A stretch of DNA of 64,000 nt from Pristiophorus japonicus (Eukaryota): positions 33,356,001 to 33,420,000 of the forward strand of contig NC_091991.1 in assembly GCF_044704955.1 (NCBI RefSeq). Direction: 5' to 3'. Shown here piece after piece: positions 12,291 to 23,674 of the stretch (positions are counted from its first letter, which is position 1; every line of letters starts with the position of its first letter). The notes below the pieces were generated by a model. The model had not been told where the DNA came from, searched no databases, and saw only the letters and a list, made by a program, of their open reading frames with translations. The position numbers and the translations under genes are program-made.

Positions 12291-14112
12291 AAACATAGAA
12301 ACATAGAAAATAGGTGCAGGAGCAGGCCATTCAGCCCTTCTAGCCTGCACCGCCATTCAACGAGTTCATGGCTGAACATGAAACTTCAGTACCCACTTCC
12401 TGCTTTCACGCCATACCCCTTGATCCCCCGAGTAGTAAGGACTTCATCTAACTCCCTTTTGAATATATTTAGTGAATTGGCCTCAACTACTTCCTGTGGT
12501 AGAGAATTCCACAGGTTCACCACTCTCTGGGTGAAGAAGTTTCTCCTTATCTCGGTCCTAAATGGCTTACCCCTTATCCTTAGACTGTGACCCCTGGTTC
12601 TGGACTTCCCCAACATTGGGAACATTCTTCCTGCATCCAACCTGTCCAAACCCGTCAGAATTTTAAACGTTTCTATGAGGTCCCCTCTCACTCTTCTGAA
12701 CTCCAGTGAATACAAGCCCAGTTGATTCAGTCTTTCTTGATAGGTCAGTCCCACCATCCCGGGAATCAGTCTGGTGAATCTTCGCTGCACTCCCTCAACA
12801 GCAAGTATGTCCTTCCTCAAGTTAGGAGACCAAAACTGTACACAATACTCCAGGTGTGGCCTCACCAAGGCCCTGTACAACTGTAGCAACACCTCCCTGC
12901 CCCTGTACTCAAATCCCCTCGCTATGAAGGCCAACATGCCATTTGCTTTCTTAACCGCCTGCTGTACCTGCATGCCAACCTTCAATGACTGATGTACCAT
13001 GACACCCAGGTCTCGTTGCACCTTCCCTTTTCCTAATCTGTCACCATTCAGATAATAGTCTGTCTCTCTGTTTTTACCACCAAAGTGGATAACCTCACAT
13101 TTATCCACATTATACTTCATCTGCCACGCATTTGCCCACTCACCTAACCTATCCAAGTCACTCTGTAGCCTCATAGCATCCTCCTCGCAGCTCACACTGC
13201 CACCCAACTTAGTGTCATCCGCAAATTTGGAGATACTACATTTAATCCCTTCGTCTAAATCATTAATGTATAATGTAAACAGCTGGGGCCCCAGCACAGA
13301 ACCCTGCGGTACCCCACTAGTCACTGCCTGCCATTCCGAAAAGTACCCATTTACTCCTACTCTTTGCTTCCTGTCTGACAACCAGTTCTCAATCCACGTC
13401 AGCACACTACCCCCAATCCCATGTGCTTTTACTTTGCACATTAATCTCCTGTGTGGGACCTTGTCGAAAGCCTTCTGAAAGTCCAAATATACCACATCAA
13501 CTGGTACTCCTTTGTCCACTTTATTGGAAACATCCTCAAAAAATTCCAGAAGATTTGTCAAGCATGATCTCCCTTTTACAAATCCATGCTGACTTGGACC
13601 TATCATGTCACCATTTTCCAAATGCGCTGCTATGACATCCTTAATAATTGATTCCATCATTTTACCCACTACTGAGGTCAGGCTGACCGGTCTATAATTC
13701 CCTGCTTTCTCTCTCCCTCCTTTTTTAAAAAGTGGGGTTACATTGGCTACCCTCCACTCGATAGGAACTGATCCAGAGTCAATGGAATGTTGGAAAATGA
13801 CTGTCAATGCATCCGCTATTTCCAAGGCCACCTCCTTAAGTACTCTGGGATGCAGTCCATCAGGCCCTGGGGATTTATCGGCCTTCAATCCCATCAATTT
13901 CCCCAACACAATTTCCCGACTAATAAAGATTTCCCTCAGTTCCTCCTCCTTAATAGACCCTCTGACCACTTTTATATCCGGAAGGTTGTTTGTGTCCTCC
14001 TTAGTGAATACTGAACCAAAGTACTTGTTCAATTAGTCTGCCATTTCTTTGTTCCCCGTTATGACTTCCCCTGATTCTGACTGCAGGGGACCTACGTTTG
14101 TCTTTACTAACC
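12291..14112 (-). mobile_element. 5'-truncated CR1 inserted antisense in the host CR1; open 548-aa RT portion (12386-14032)
   Basis: Uninterrupted [27 protein letters not shown] and KFADDTK. Reverse tail AAACATAGAAACATAGAA at 12291. Confidence 0.95.
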
Positions 14113-15811
14113 TAGTGGGGCCCCAGCTGTTTACATTGCACATTAATGATTTAGACGAGGGGATTAAATGTAGGATCTCCAAATTTGCGGATGACACTAA
14201 GTTGGGTGCCAGTGTGAGCTGCGAGGAGGATGCTATGGGGCTGCAGAGTGACTTGGATAGGTTAGGTGAGTGGGTAAATGCATGGCAGATGAAGTATAAT
14301 GTGGATAAATGTGAGGTTATCCACTTTGGTGGTAAAAACAGAGAGACAGACTATTATCTGAATGGTGACAGATTAGGAAAAGGGGGGGTGCAACGAGACC
14401 TGGGTGTCATGGTACATCAGTCATTGAAGGTTGGCATACAGGTACAGCAGGCGGTTAAGAAGGCAAATGGCATGTTGGTCTTCATAGCGAGGGGATTTGA
14501 GTACGGGGGCAGGGAGGTGTTACTAGTTGTACAGGGCCTTGGTGAGGCCACGGTGAGGCCACACCTGGAGTATTGTGTACAGTTTTGGTCTCCTAACTTG
14601 AGGAAGGACGTTCTTGCTATTGAGGGAGTGCAGCGAAGTTTCATCAAACTGATTCCCGGGATGGCGGGACTGACATATCAAGAAAGACTGAATCAACTGG
14701 GCTTGTATTCACTGGAGTTCAGAAAAATGAGAGGGGGTCTCATAGAAACGTTTAAAATTCTGACGGGTTTAGACAGGTTAGATGCAGGAAGAATGTTCCC
14801 AATGTTGGGGAAGTCCAGAACCAGGGGTCACAGTCTAAGGATAAGGGGTAAGCCATTTAGGACCGAGATGAGGAGAAACTTCTTCACCCAGAGAGTGGTG
14901 AACCTGTGGAATTCTCTACCACAGAAAGTTGTTGAGGCCAATTCACTAAATATATTCAAAAAGGAATTAGATGTAGTCCTTACTACTAGGGGGATCAAGG
15001 GGTATGGCGAGAAAGCAGGAATGGGGTACTGAAGTTGCATGTTCAGCCATGAACTCATTGAATGGCGGTGCAGGCTCGAAGGGCCGAATGGCCTACTTCT
15101 GCACCTATTTTCTATGTTTCTATGATACTTCTTATGATGCTTCATTGGGGGGGCGTGGGTGAGGGTGATGGCCAAAACGCTGCTTGGACAGATACGGGAG
15201 AGGACGGTCCCGAAGTGGGAACGTGCTCCGAGCCGGAAGCAAGATGTTGCTGCTGGCTCTCGTGTGGCTGGCAATGGGGGTGCGGTACCTTGGGGTGCAG
15301 TGCCACGCTCCGGGACTACTGGGAGCCCTTTGCCACCAGTATTCCTGGCTACCAGCTCCAGGGCCTCCTCCATCCCTTCCATGTTATATCTTATATGTTG
15401 GGCAAAAACTCGGTGCCAACTATGTTCTTGGTGCTTAGTAGGCTTTTTGCTACTGGTGAATATCCCTCGTGCCTCCCACAACAGCCAGACAAGCACACAC
15501 CACAGCCACACACGCTTTCAGTACCACTGAGCTCCTTCTCTCTCTGTCTCCTGTTCTGCGCATGTCATGCTGATCCTTAACCTCCTGAATCGCGGGAATC
15601 GAGCGATGCCATGCTGTTGCTAAGGACGGCAGGTCAAAACATTTTTACGCTGCAGCCCATTTCATATCGCTCGCGGTAACACCCATTTTCAAAAATAAAT
15701 ACTAGGTACTTTGAGAATGGGCGAGAAGCTGACGATCTGAAAACCCTTTTTTACCGCCCACGCCGGAAATAACGCCCTTAGAATATCCACTATTTTTCCA
15801 ATATCGATAAA

Positions 15812-15817
15812 TTTATT
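15812..15817 (-). promoter_or_regulatory. Candidate LLPH poly(A) signal AATAAA
   Basis: TTTATT on the plus strand, ~68 nt after the LLPH stop codon. Confidence 0.55.
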
Positions 15818-15884
15818 TTTTCCAGTCTTTCCTTAATAAACATAACTGTGATTAAGTCCTTGCATACTTCATTTTCTCACAAGT

Positions 15885-16048
15885 CTACCAAGCTAGCCCC
15901 TTTGGATGTTTTGATTTCCCTTTCTTTTTCAGTTGTTGCTTGATCTTCTTTCTTTGTCTAGGATGCATCCATATTGGATATTGTCCATGTTCATCCAAGA
16001 GAGTCTTTTTGCTCCTTTTCTTATCCATGTCCATAGTAGATGCATTAT
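15885..16048 (-). CDS. LLPH: LLPH last coding exon
   Basis: Acceptor ccttcacag, phase 1. Encodes (D)[34 protein letters not shown]...KGLAW*, the diagnostic LLPH C-terminus. Confidence 0.96.
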
Positions 16049-16159
16049 CTGTGAAGGATTAAGTTTTGTTTACGTAGTTACAAAGCAGTCACACATTCAA
16101 ATTAATTTTCAAATGACCAACAAGTAGTACCTTATTAAAATGATAATATTCACCCTGCC

Positions 16160-16385
16160 AATGGCTCAACCGCTTAAGGTAGCAAGTAGCTGTTCTATAC
16201 AAACTAGGTATGACCCAGATTTAATCCATGGTCTGTGCTGAGTTAGCTGACTCTACAATTGGACTCAGCACCCTTGGGTTAGGAAAGTGAAAGTTTTCCA
16301 CAGTAACCCACTGACCCCTGCAGGACTTGTGCGGGTATGGGCATCAACAGAAGACAGGACTGGGCTTGATTCTGATGCAATCACG
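16160..16385 (+). mobile_element. tRNA-derived SINE, diverged; related copies at ~21845-22060 and ~62610-62850
   Basis: TGGCTCA A-box-like start. The GGTCTGTGCTGAGTTAGCTGA core is shared loosely with the other copies. Confidence 0.5.
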
Positions 16386-18375
16386 ATATAACAGATAGCA
16401 ACAGCTATTTGGGTGAGGCATAAGGGATCAAACAGCGCCAGTGACAAATTTGCAGAAAAAGGAAACAAAGTTAATTCACAGATTCAAAACCTTGTATTGA
16501 TAAATTATATTTTATTGCCAATTTTGAGTCTCCAAAATAAGTTACTGAGCAATCACATTTGTAAAATTTCTGTTTTCCTAGTAAATACATAATTTCTCCC
16601 TATAGAACAAACCCTATTTATCCAAGTTTAGAAAGCCTAGGCACAGGTTAAATACTGTTAAGGTATAATCCATAATATTGGTCCAGTTAGGACCAACCCA
16701 CTGGCTTGCAGATCTATATGGAGCCAAACAGGCTTGTCAGTTAATCAACAATGCTCTGGAGCACTGCAGACCTATCTGGTTCACATGTCGGATTACCAAA
16801 TCTGTCACAGAGTTTATTTGCTTCTGAACTTCCATCACTGGACATATTATTTGGCTGCTGTTTTTACCCCAGAGACCACCTTAACTACCGCTAGCAGGTC
16901 ACTAACTGAAAATCACAGACTGACATCCCTATTATGTGGACAGTAGGCATCAGGAGCTCCTCATGAGCAGGATGGTAAACAGTACAACTCACCATAAAAT
17001 GTGAGTATATTTCCACCATCCTTCTGACTACAACATGGGCACACATCATACTCCAATGGTGGTGCAAAGCTAAAAATCCAAGATCTGGCATGCGCTTCCA
17101 GCTACTTCATCAGGGCTAAATGAGGTACTAGGTTGACGGCTTATCCAAAAATTGATGAAAGCTATGCAAGTGGGTTTCCACTTTGTTGAAGGCTCAGCAT
17201 AAGGATAAAATGATCTGAAAGATAGTATGTTGCATCACTGCAACTTAAATTGTGGTTTACAGGAACAAAAGAGCAATATTTCCCAGTTTCCATGGCTTTA
17301 AGGGGAAGAATAGTCAAAAGTACTTTGCAATAGAGAATATTGAAGTGTGAACTGCTTACGAACCTTCCAATAGTCATGATCAGGAACAGAAAGAAATGGG
17401 AGCATCTTGCCCACAGATGTCTTGATTAGATAACGGTATAACATGAAAGACCGGTGAAAGGTAAACAGCTTGAGTGGCACAATCAGTACTAGTACTAGTA
17501 CTAGTACAGTATGTGCCCCTTATGTGAAATCTTGAACATTAAATCAAACCTGGCCTGTAGTACAGGCAGATGCTTTTTAAATGTTATTTACCTCTAGAAT
17601 TCTGCACTTGAACACTTTGATGAATCACCTTAACTATAGATATTTTCAGAGTCCGATGGGGTTTGGCACTGAGCATTTCTAAACATATTATCATTTTGTC
17701 TCCCACTATGCTATATTTATGGCTATCTAGCTTCTTCTGTGCTGTAGTTGTTGATGGGGAAAGATCAACTCAGATTCCCGTGGAGTTTGTCCTCTCTCCC
17801 ACTCTGTTCCTTATCACTGAGCTCCATTCAACATCCAACCGTATCCACCCCTTTGCTTCTGATTTCACTCTACATTCATCAGTGACTAAACTTCTCGTCA
17901 TCTTGCAGTGCAATGGCTGAATCATTGGTCTGCTCTGCAGAAATTGAAGTGGCTAAATTCAAATGATTTGACAATTCAAAATTTTTTAAAGCCCTAAATT
18001 CCCGCATCGCCATGTTATTTATATTGCTTAATTTATATTATCGGACAATTTGAAATGTCAGTGCAAAAAGCTTTGACGTCGACTGTATATCTTGATTTCT
18101 TGAATGAAATACTGAAAATCTAATGCCTTGTTCCCTCCAAACACCAAATTTTTTTATATGCTCTTCCTCCTCCTTATAGTTGAAGTCGAGTCATTATAGT
18201 TTCTTATTCTAACTCATTAATTCCTACAATCTCAAACTCCTACTTCAGTTGTTCCTTCCTCCTAGAATTTTCAGGCCTTTAAAACCCAGTATTGACACTG
18301 CTTAATTAAACTTTCTTGATGTATCTTGTCCTATGGGCATTGTCCAATAGTTTCTCAGTAATAAACAAAAATTAC

Positions 18376-18577
18376 CATCATCTCCTGCGGCTGGCTTCTG
18401 TTTGAGTTTTTCACATGGGACCACGGTTGCAACTTCTTTAACATCATCCATACTAATGTCACCACTGCGATCCACTCCCAATATACTTTTCAGCCGCGCA
18501 AGTTCCTTTGGTGCATTTTTTTTCCTCTTTTCTGCTCGCATCTTCCGCTTCCATTTACTTCGTGTACTTTTTGCCAT
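18376..18577 (-). CDS. LLPH: LLPH first coding exon (exon starts at 18585); total protein 121 aa
   Basis: [30 protein letters not shown]. Acceptor ttcag 8 nt before the ATG. Donor G|gtaatt is phase 1, matching the next exon. Confidence 0.97.
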
Positions 18578-18714
18578 TCTTAGTTCTGAATTTTAGAAAA
18601 TCAAAATCAAACTGCATTACTCCTGATTTAAATATAAAGTATGACTGTTGATTGAAAGATAACTATTTTGTTCCCCTGTTTGGCATACTGGGTAAATACT
18701 CTGCATCATGTAGT

Positions 18715-19115
18715 ATTGGGACTTGAGCACATAATTCTGGGCGGACACTCCAGTGCAGTACTGAGGGAGAACTGAACTGTCGGAGGTGCTGTCTTTCGGA
18801 TGATACGTTAAACCGAGGCCTTGTCTGGACTCTCAGGTGAACATAAAAGATCTCATGCCACTATTTCGAAGAAGAGCAGTGGAGTTATCCCCGGTGTCCT
18901 GGCTAATATTTATCCCTCAATCAACATAACAAAAACAGATTATCTGGTTATCACATTGCTGTTTGTGGGAGCTTGGTGTGCGCAAATTGACTACCACGTT
19001 TCCCTCATTACAACAGTGACTACATTCCGAAGTACTTCATTGGATGTAGAGTACTTTGAGACGTCCGGTGGTCGTGAAAGGCACTATCTAAATGCAAGTC
19101 AGTCTTTCTTTCTTT
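18715..19115 (+). mobile_element. Deu-domain SINE (SacSINE1-like)
   Basis: Core CAGTGCAGTACTGAGGGAG..GTCGGAGGTGC..TTTCGGATGA..GTTAAACCGAGG and 3' end AAATGCAAGTC. Confidence 0.75.
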
Positions 19116-19925
19116 TTATTGAGAATACCAAATCCCACATTTAGTCCCTGGGCAAAGGAGAAAAGAAAAACCAACTTGGGTCCCTGCTCCTGTTTGTTAT
19201 CCAGCGACCCCACCGACTGTGAATTTTACTTGCATTGACAAGTTTGGGTCCACTGTCTCCAAGTTAAATTCAACTCTTTTGATTAAGAATAGTTATTTGA
19301 ATGAGTCTCTTGAGAGGTGGTGTGGAATCATGCTCTACCTCAGCACACGTTAGTTTCTTCAAGTGAGATAGGGAGAAAATTAGAAAAAAATTGATTACTG
19401 AAAGCATTTCAATATTTTACAATTTTTGTCTGATGTGAAGTATTTTGGAATTTTCTTCTACATTAAAGCCCTATATAAATGCAAGTTCTTGTTGATGTTA
19501 CTCATTTTGATTAATGGCATCATACAAGTAGTTTAATAAAATCAAATAAAACATAACTTTGATTAACAATTTGTTTGTATTTTTCAATTTTCTCTCTTAC
19601 AATCCTGTCCTAAAGTTGTCGACTTGGAGTACAGCTACATGGACTTTGGGTGCACTCCAATACCTTGCCCAAGTTGCAATCATTAATGTGTGAGCTTTGA
19701 CAGCGAGTGTCAGCAGGCTCTCTGACTGGGGAGGACACCACAGTTAAGCCCAATCCTAATTCACTCAGTGTTCATGCAGGTGTACCTCCAGTAGAGACAT
19801 CTGAAGCCTTGACCAATTTCCCAATTGGACATGGAGACCAATAGTAATGATGCTACAGCCATCTCATTTGAACTTAACAATGAACAGGACTTGCCCTTGT
19901 CTGTAACTCACTAGATAAACTCATT

Positions 19926-21128
19926 GGGCTCAATTTTCTTCTGTGATTTGCACCATTTTTTTGGCGCCGGCCACTTTTTTTGGCCTAAGTTTAAAAAAAC
20001 AGTTTCCCAGATCAATTTGCTCTCAGTTAGTTACGATTTTTTTAAGTACGTTGTTTTTCTGCCAAAGGGGGCATAACCTGCCACCCACGCCAATTCTAGC
20101 CATTTAGGCAAGTTTGGCCAGCTGAGAATTACTCCAGTTCTTCTTAGGCCGCCGTATGTGGCCTCTGTAGAAATACCTTCTAGAGAGTTAAGGTAATCGG
20201 TGCAGCTAAGTGTAGCAGATGCCCGGACTGCAGCAGGAGAAGTAGGAGGCGGGTTGGGGGGGGGGGCGAGCCTTTCAGGTAAAGTTAGATGTGGGGACCG
20301 GGAGGGAGGAGGCCATTCAGCCTGGGATTAGTGCGGCTGAGGGGGACCGGGAGGCCTTTCGGCCTGGGATAGGTACAGGGGAGCAGACCGGCAAGCCACT
20401 CGACCAGGGCTAGGGGGAGTGGACTGGGAGGCCATTCGGCTTGAGCTAAGGATGGGAGAGCGGACTAGGAGACCATTCAGCCTGGGCTAGGGAGCGGACT
20501 TGCAAGCCACTCGGCCAGGTCTAGGGGTGGGAGCGCGGACCGGCAAGCCAATCGGCCAGGGCTAGGGAGCGGACTGGCAAGCCACTTGGCCAGGGCAAGG
20601 GGTGGGAGAGTGGAACGGCAGGCCACTTGGCCAGGGGCGGGGGAGCAGACCGGCAGGCCACTCGGCCAGGGCTAGGTGTGGGGGAGCAGACCCACAGGCC
20701 ACTCCGCCAGGGCTAGGTGTGGGGGAGCGGACTGGCAGGCCACTCAGCCAGGGCTAGGGGAGCAGACCGGGAGGCCCTTGAGCCTGGGATAGGAGTGGGG
20801 ATCGGCACTGGCATTGGGGAGACTTTACTAATTTAATGGAGGTAAGTTGCTGCAATGTATTTTCATGTGTTTGTGCAGGTTGCGAGCTGAGCTGTGTCAC
20901 TTTCCAGCCTCAGCCCACATTGTGTCCCTGGTTACTGTGACAACCTGATCTTTTTTGCGCAGATCAAGGCTCCACCCCTAAAACTAAAGGACAGGTTAGG
21001 CTGCGCCAAAATGAAGACATCAAACAGGGCAACTTAGAACTTTTTTTTGGCATACTTGGGGCCCCCTCCCAAAAACGGGCGGAACTCTTCAAGTATGCCT
21101 AAAGAAAGCTTTGGGGAAAATTGAGCTC
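19926..21128. mobile_element. Harbinger-type MITE, family B, with internal G-rich minisatellite
   Basis: TIR GGGCTCAATTTT ... GAAAATTGAGCTC. 3-bp TSD ATT at 19923-19925 and 21129-21131. Confidence 0.85.
20290..20800. repeat. ~34-41 bp G-rich minisatellite inside the MITE
   Basis: Repeated variants of GGGCTAGGGGAGCGGACTGGCAGGCCACTCGGCCA. Confidence 0.9.
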
Positions 21129-22198
21129 ATTGAGTGTGCTGTTTGACCAACAATTTCAAAATATAACAAAACTACTGTACAATCTGTGCAAGTTTACAAA
21201 AAATCTAGTATCTATACTTCAAAATTCAACATCTATATTCATGGCGATTAATTTTAATTTCTACTACTGGATAGGTAGAAACTACATGGAAGGCAGCAGA
21301 AAGCAACCTTTATTAAAAAAATTGACACACCCCAAACAAAAAGTAACTGTGATGCTCCATCACTATTAAGTTTCCTTAAACTTGCACTTCTTTTTTTATT
21401 TTTCTTATTCCTTTCACTTTAAATGTTATTTTGGATAGGTCTATAATGAGTTTATTAGTTCATCAAACCACTGAGTACCTTGGACACCTTACAAGGGTCT
21501 AATACTGTGGTGTTTCTGTACCAGGATTTTGACAACATATGTCCTTGGGGAACTATCTAAGTAGAGCTTTCTCTGGTGGGGGAAAAATTCAACGCTGCCT
21601 ATTAATTTATCTCAGTCAGGCAATGGTTGCACGTGATATTTTGTGCAAGCACAATGAAAATAGCAGTCACAAGTGCCAAATGATTTCCAACCACACACTG
21701 TCTTTGATCCAGACCTTTTTTTAAAATTCCCTTTCCTGTTGCTCCTTTCTTTACCTTTTACTCGTCTCAGTTGCATTTTTCTATTCGATTTCTTTCTTGA
21801 ATTTCTCAATTGTTTTACTTCACTCAAGCTTCTACTTCCTTTTTTTTATGGCTTAGCAAAGTGATCTAACGACCAATTGATCCATACAAACCGGGATGAT
21901 CCAGGATTTGATTGCTTGCCTGGGCTGTTCGCTGGTCTCAGCTGAGGTAGCAGTAAGGCACATCAATTGATCTCACTGTCCCTAACTTAGGAAAGAATCC
22001 CACACCTAATTGTTATCTAACTCCTGCTGGAAGTGTGCATTTACTAACAGGATCAGGCTTAACTTTAAATAGTCTCAGGACATCCCAAAGTGCATTACAT
22101 TTACAGTCAATTAGGTACTTTTGAAATGTAGTCCCTATTGTAATGTAGGTAACGCATCAGTCAATTTGCGCACAGCAAGGTCCCAAGACACCATGCCT

Positions 22199-23591
22199 CT
22201 TGTGTGGGAGACAGAAAGCAGGAAACTGTAGACCAGTTAGCCTGACATCTGTCATTGGGAAAATGCTGGAGTCCATTATTAAGGAAGTAGTAGCAGGACA
22301 TTTAGAAAATCATAATTCAGTCAAGCAGAGTCAACATGGGTTTTATGAAAGGGAAATCATGTTTGACAAATTTGCTGAAGTTCTTTGAGGATGTAACGAG
22401 CAGGGCGGATAAAGGGGAAACAGTAGATATTGTGTATTTGGATTTCCAGAAAGCATTCGATAAAGTGCCACATAAGGTATGATAACTATTCGATAAGGTT
22501 ACTGCATAAGAGCTCACGAGGTTGGGGGTAATATATTAACATGGATAGAGGATTGACTAACAGAAAACAGAATGGGGATAAATGGATAATTTTCAGGTTG
22601 GCAAACTGTAACTAGTGGGGTGCCACAGGGATCAGTGCTGGGGCCTCAACTATTTACAATCTATATTAATGACTTGGATAAAAGGATCGAGTGTAATGTA
22701 GAAAATTTGCTGATGATACAAAGATAGATGGGAAAGCAAGGTGTGAAGAGGACGCAAACAATCTGCAAAGGGATATAGATAGGCTAAGTGAATGAGTGGG
22801 CAAAGATTTGGCAGATGGAGTATAATATGGGAAAAAGTGAGGTTATCCACTTTGGTAGGAAAAATAAAAAAGCAAATTATTTTTTAAATGGGGTACGGTA
22901 GAGGGATCTGGGGGTCTTGTACATGAAACACATAAAATTAGCATGCAGGTAAAATAAGTAATTAGGAAGACAAATGAAATGTTGGCCTTTATTGCAAGGG
23001 GAATGGAGTATAAAAGTAATGAAGTCCTGCTACAACTGTACAGGGTGTTGGTGAGACCACATCTGGAGTACTGTGTACAATTTTGGTCTTATTTAAGGAG
23101 TGATATACTTGCATTGGAGGCGGTTCATTCCTGAGATGAAGGGGTTGTCTTATGAAGAAAGGTTGAGCTTATACTCATTGGAGTTTAGAAGAATGAGAGG
23201 TGATCTTATTGAAACATATAAGAGTCTGAGGAGGCTTGACAGGGTAGATGCAAAGAGGATGTTTCCCCTCGTAGGGGAATCTAGAACTAGGGGGCATAGT
23301 TTCAGAATAAGCGGGTCGCCCATTAAAAATGGAAATGAGGAGGAATTTCTTCTCTGAGGGTCGTGAATCTTTGGAATTCTCTACCCCAGAAAGCTGTGGA
23401 GGCTGGGTATTCATTGAATATATTTAAGGTGGAGATACAGATTTTTGAATGATAAGGGAATTAATGGTTATGTGGAGCGGGCAGGGAAATGGAGTTGAGG
23501 CCAAGATGATATCAGCCATGATCTTATTGAATGACGGAGCAGGCTCAAGGGGCCAAATGGCCTACTCTTGCTCCTATTACTTATGTTCTTA
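22199..23591 (+). mobile_element. CR1 RT and 3' end, degraded
   Basis: NCRPVSLTSVIGK, LDFQKAFDKV and a TTATGTTCTTA tail. Confidence 0.9.
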
Positions 23592-23674
23592 AGTACGGAC
23601 CTCCTGCACGGGGCAATGACTTGGAGTATTGTCCGGCCTCCTGTGTGCGGTAATGTCTCGGGAGTATGGACCAG

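Larger units (their letters stand above)
7643..15125 (+). mobile_element. Near full-length CR1 LINE, interrupted by a MITE and an inverted CR1
   Basis: 5'UTR repeats, ORF1, endonuclease (GITETW, VYRPP, MGDFN), RT (VYLDFQKAF, KFADDTK) and a TTCTATGTTTCTATG tail at ~15125. Confidence 0.93.
5550..15777 (+). mobile_element. PIF/Harbinger DNA transposon, decayed, carrying nested insertions
   Basis: Starts GGGCTAGAA and ends ...AACGCCC. TTA flanks both sides (5547-5549 and 15778-15780). Transposase lies on the left. Harbinger-like sequence resumes at ~15133 after the nested CR1. Confidence 0.8.

Noticed and set aside
12386-14032. RT ORFs as a retron, DGR or domesticated host gene
   Set aside because: They are standard CR1 ORF2 3' portions with LINE tails and many near-identical copies.
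14049-15032. 327-aa ORF as a novel fusion protein
   Set aside because: It is a chance frame joining the antisense CR1 end to the host CR1 RT remainder.
16282-16295. Second ISRE-like GGAAAGTGAAAGTT
   Set aside because: It lies inside a diverged SINE in LLPH intron 2 with no promoter context.
17485-17507. (AGTACT)n palindromic run
   Set aside because: It has under four units, so it is ordinary microsatellite slippage.
18302-18375. ORF-track extension of LLPH ([11 protein letters not shown]...)
   Set aside because: It is intronic read-through past the GT donor at 18375.
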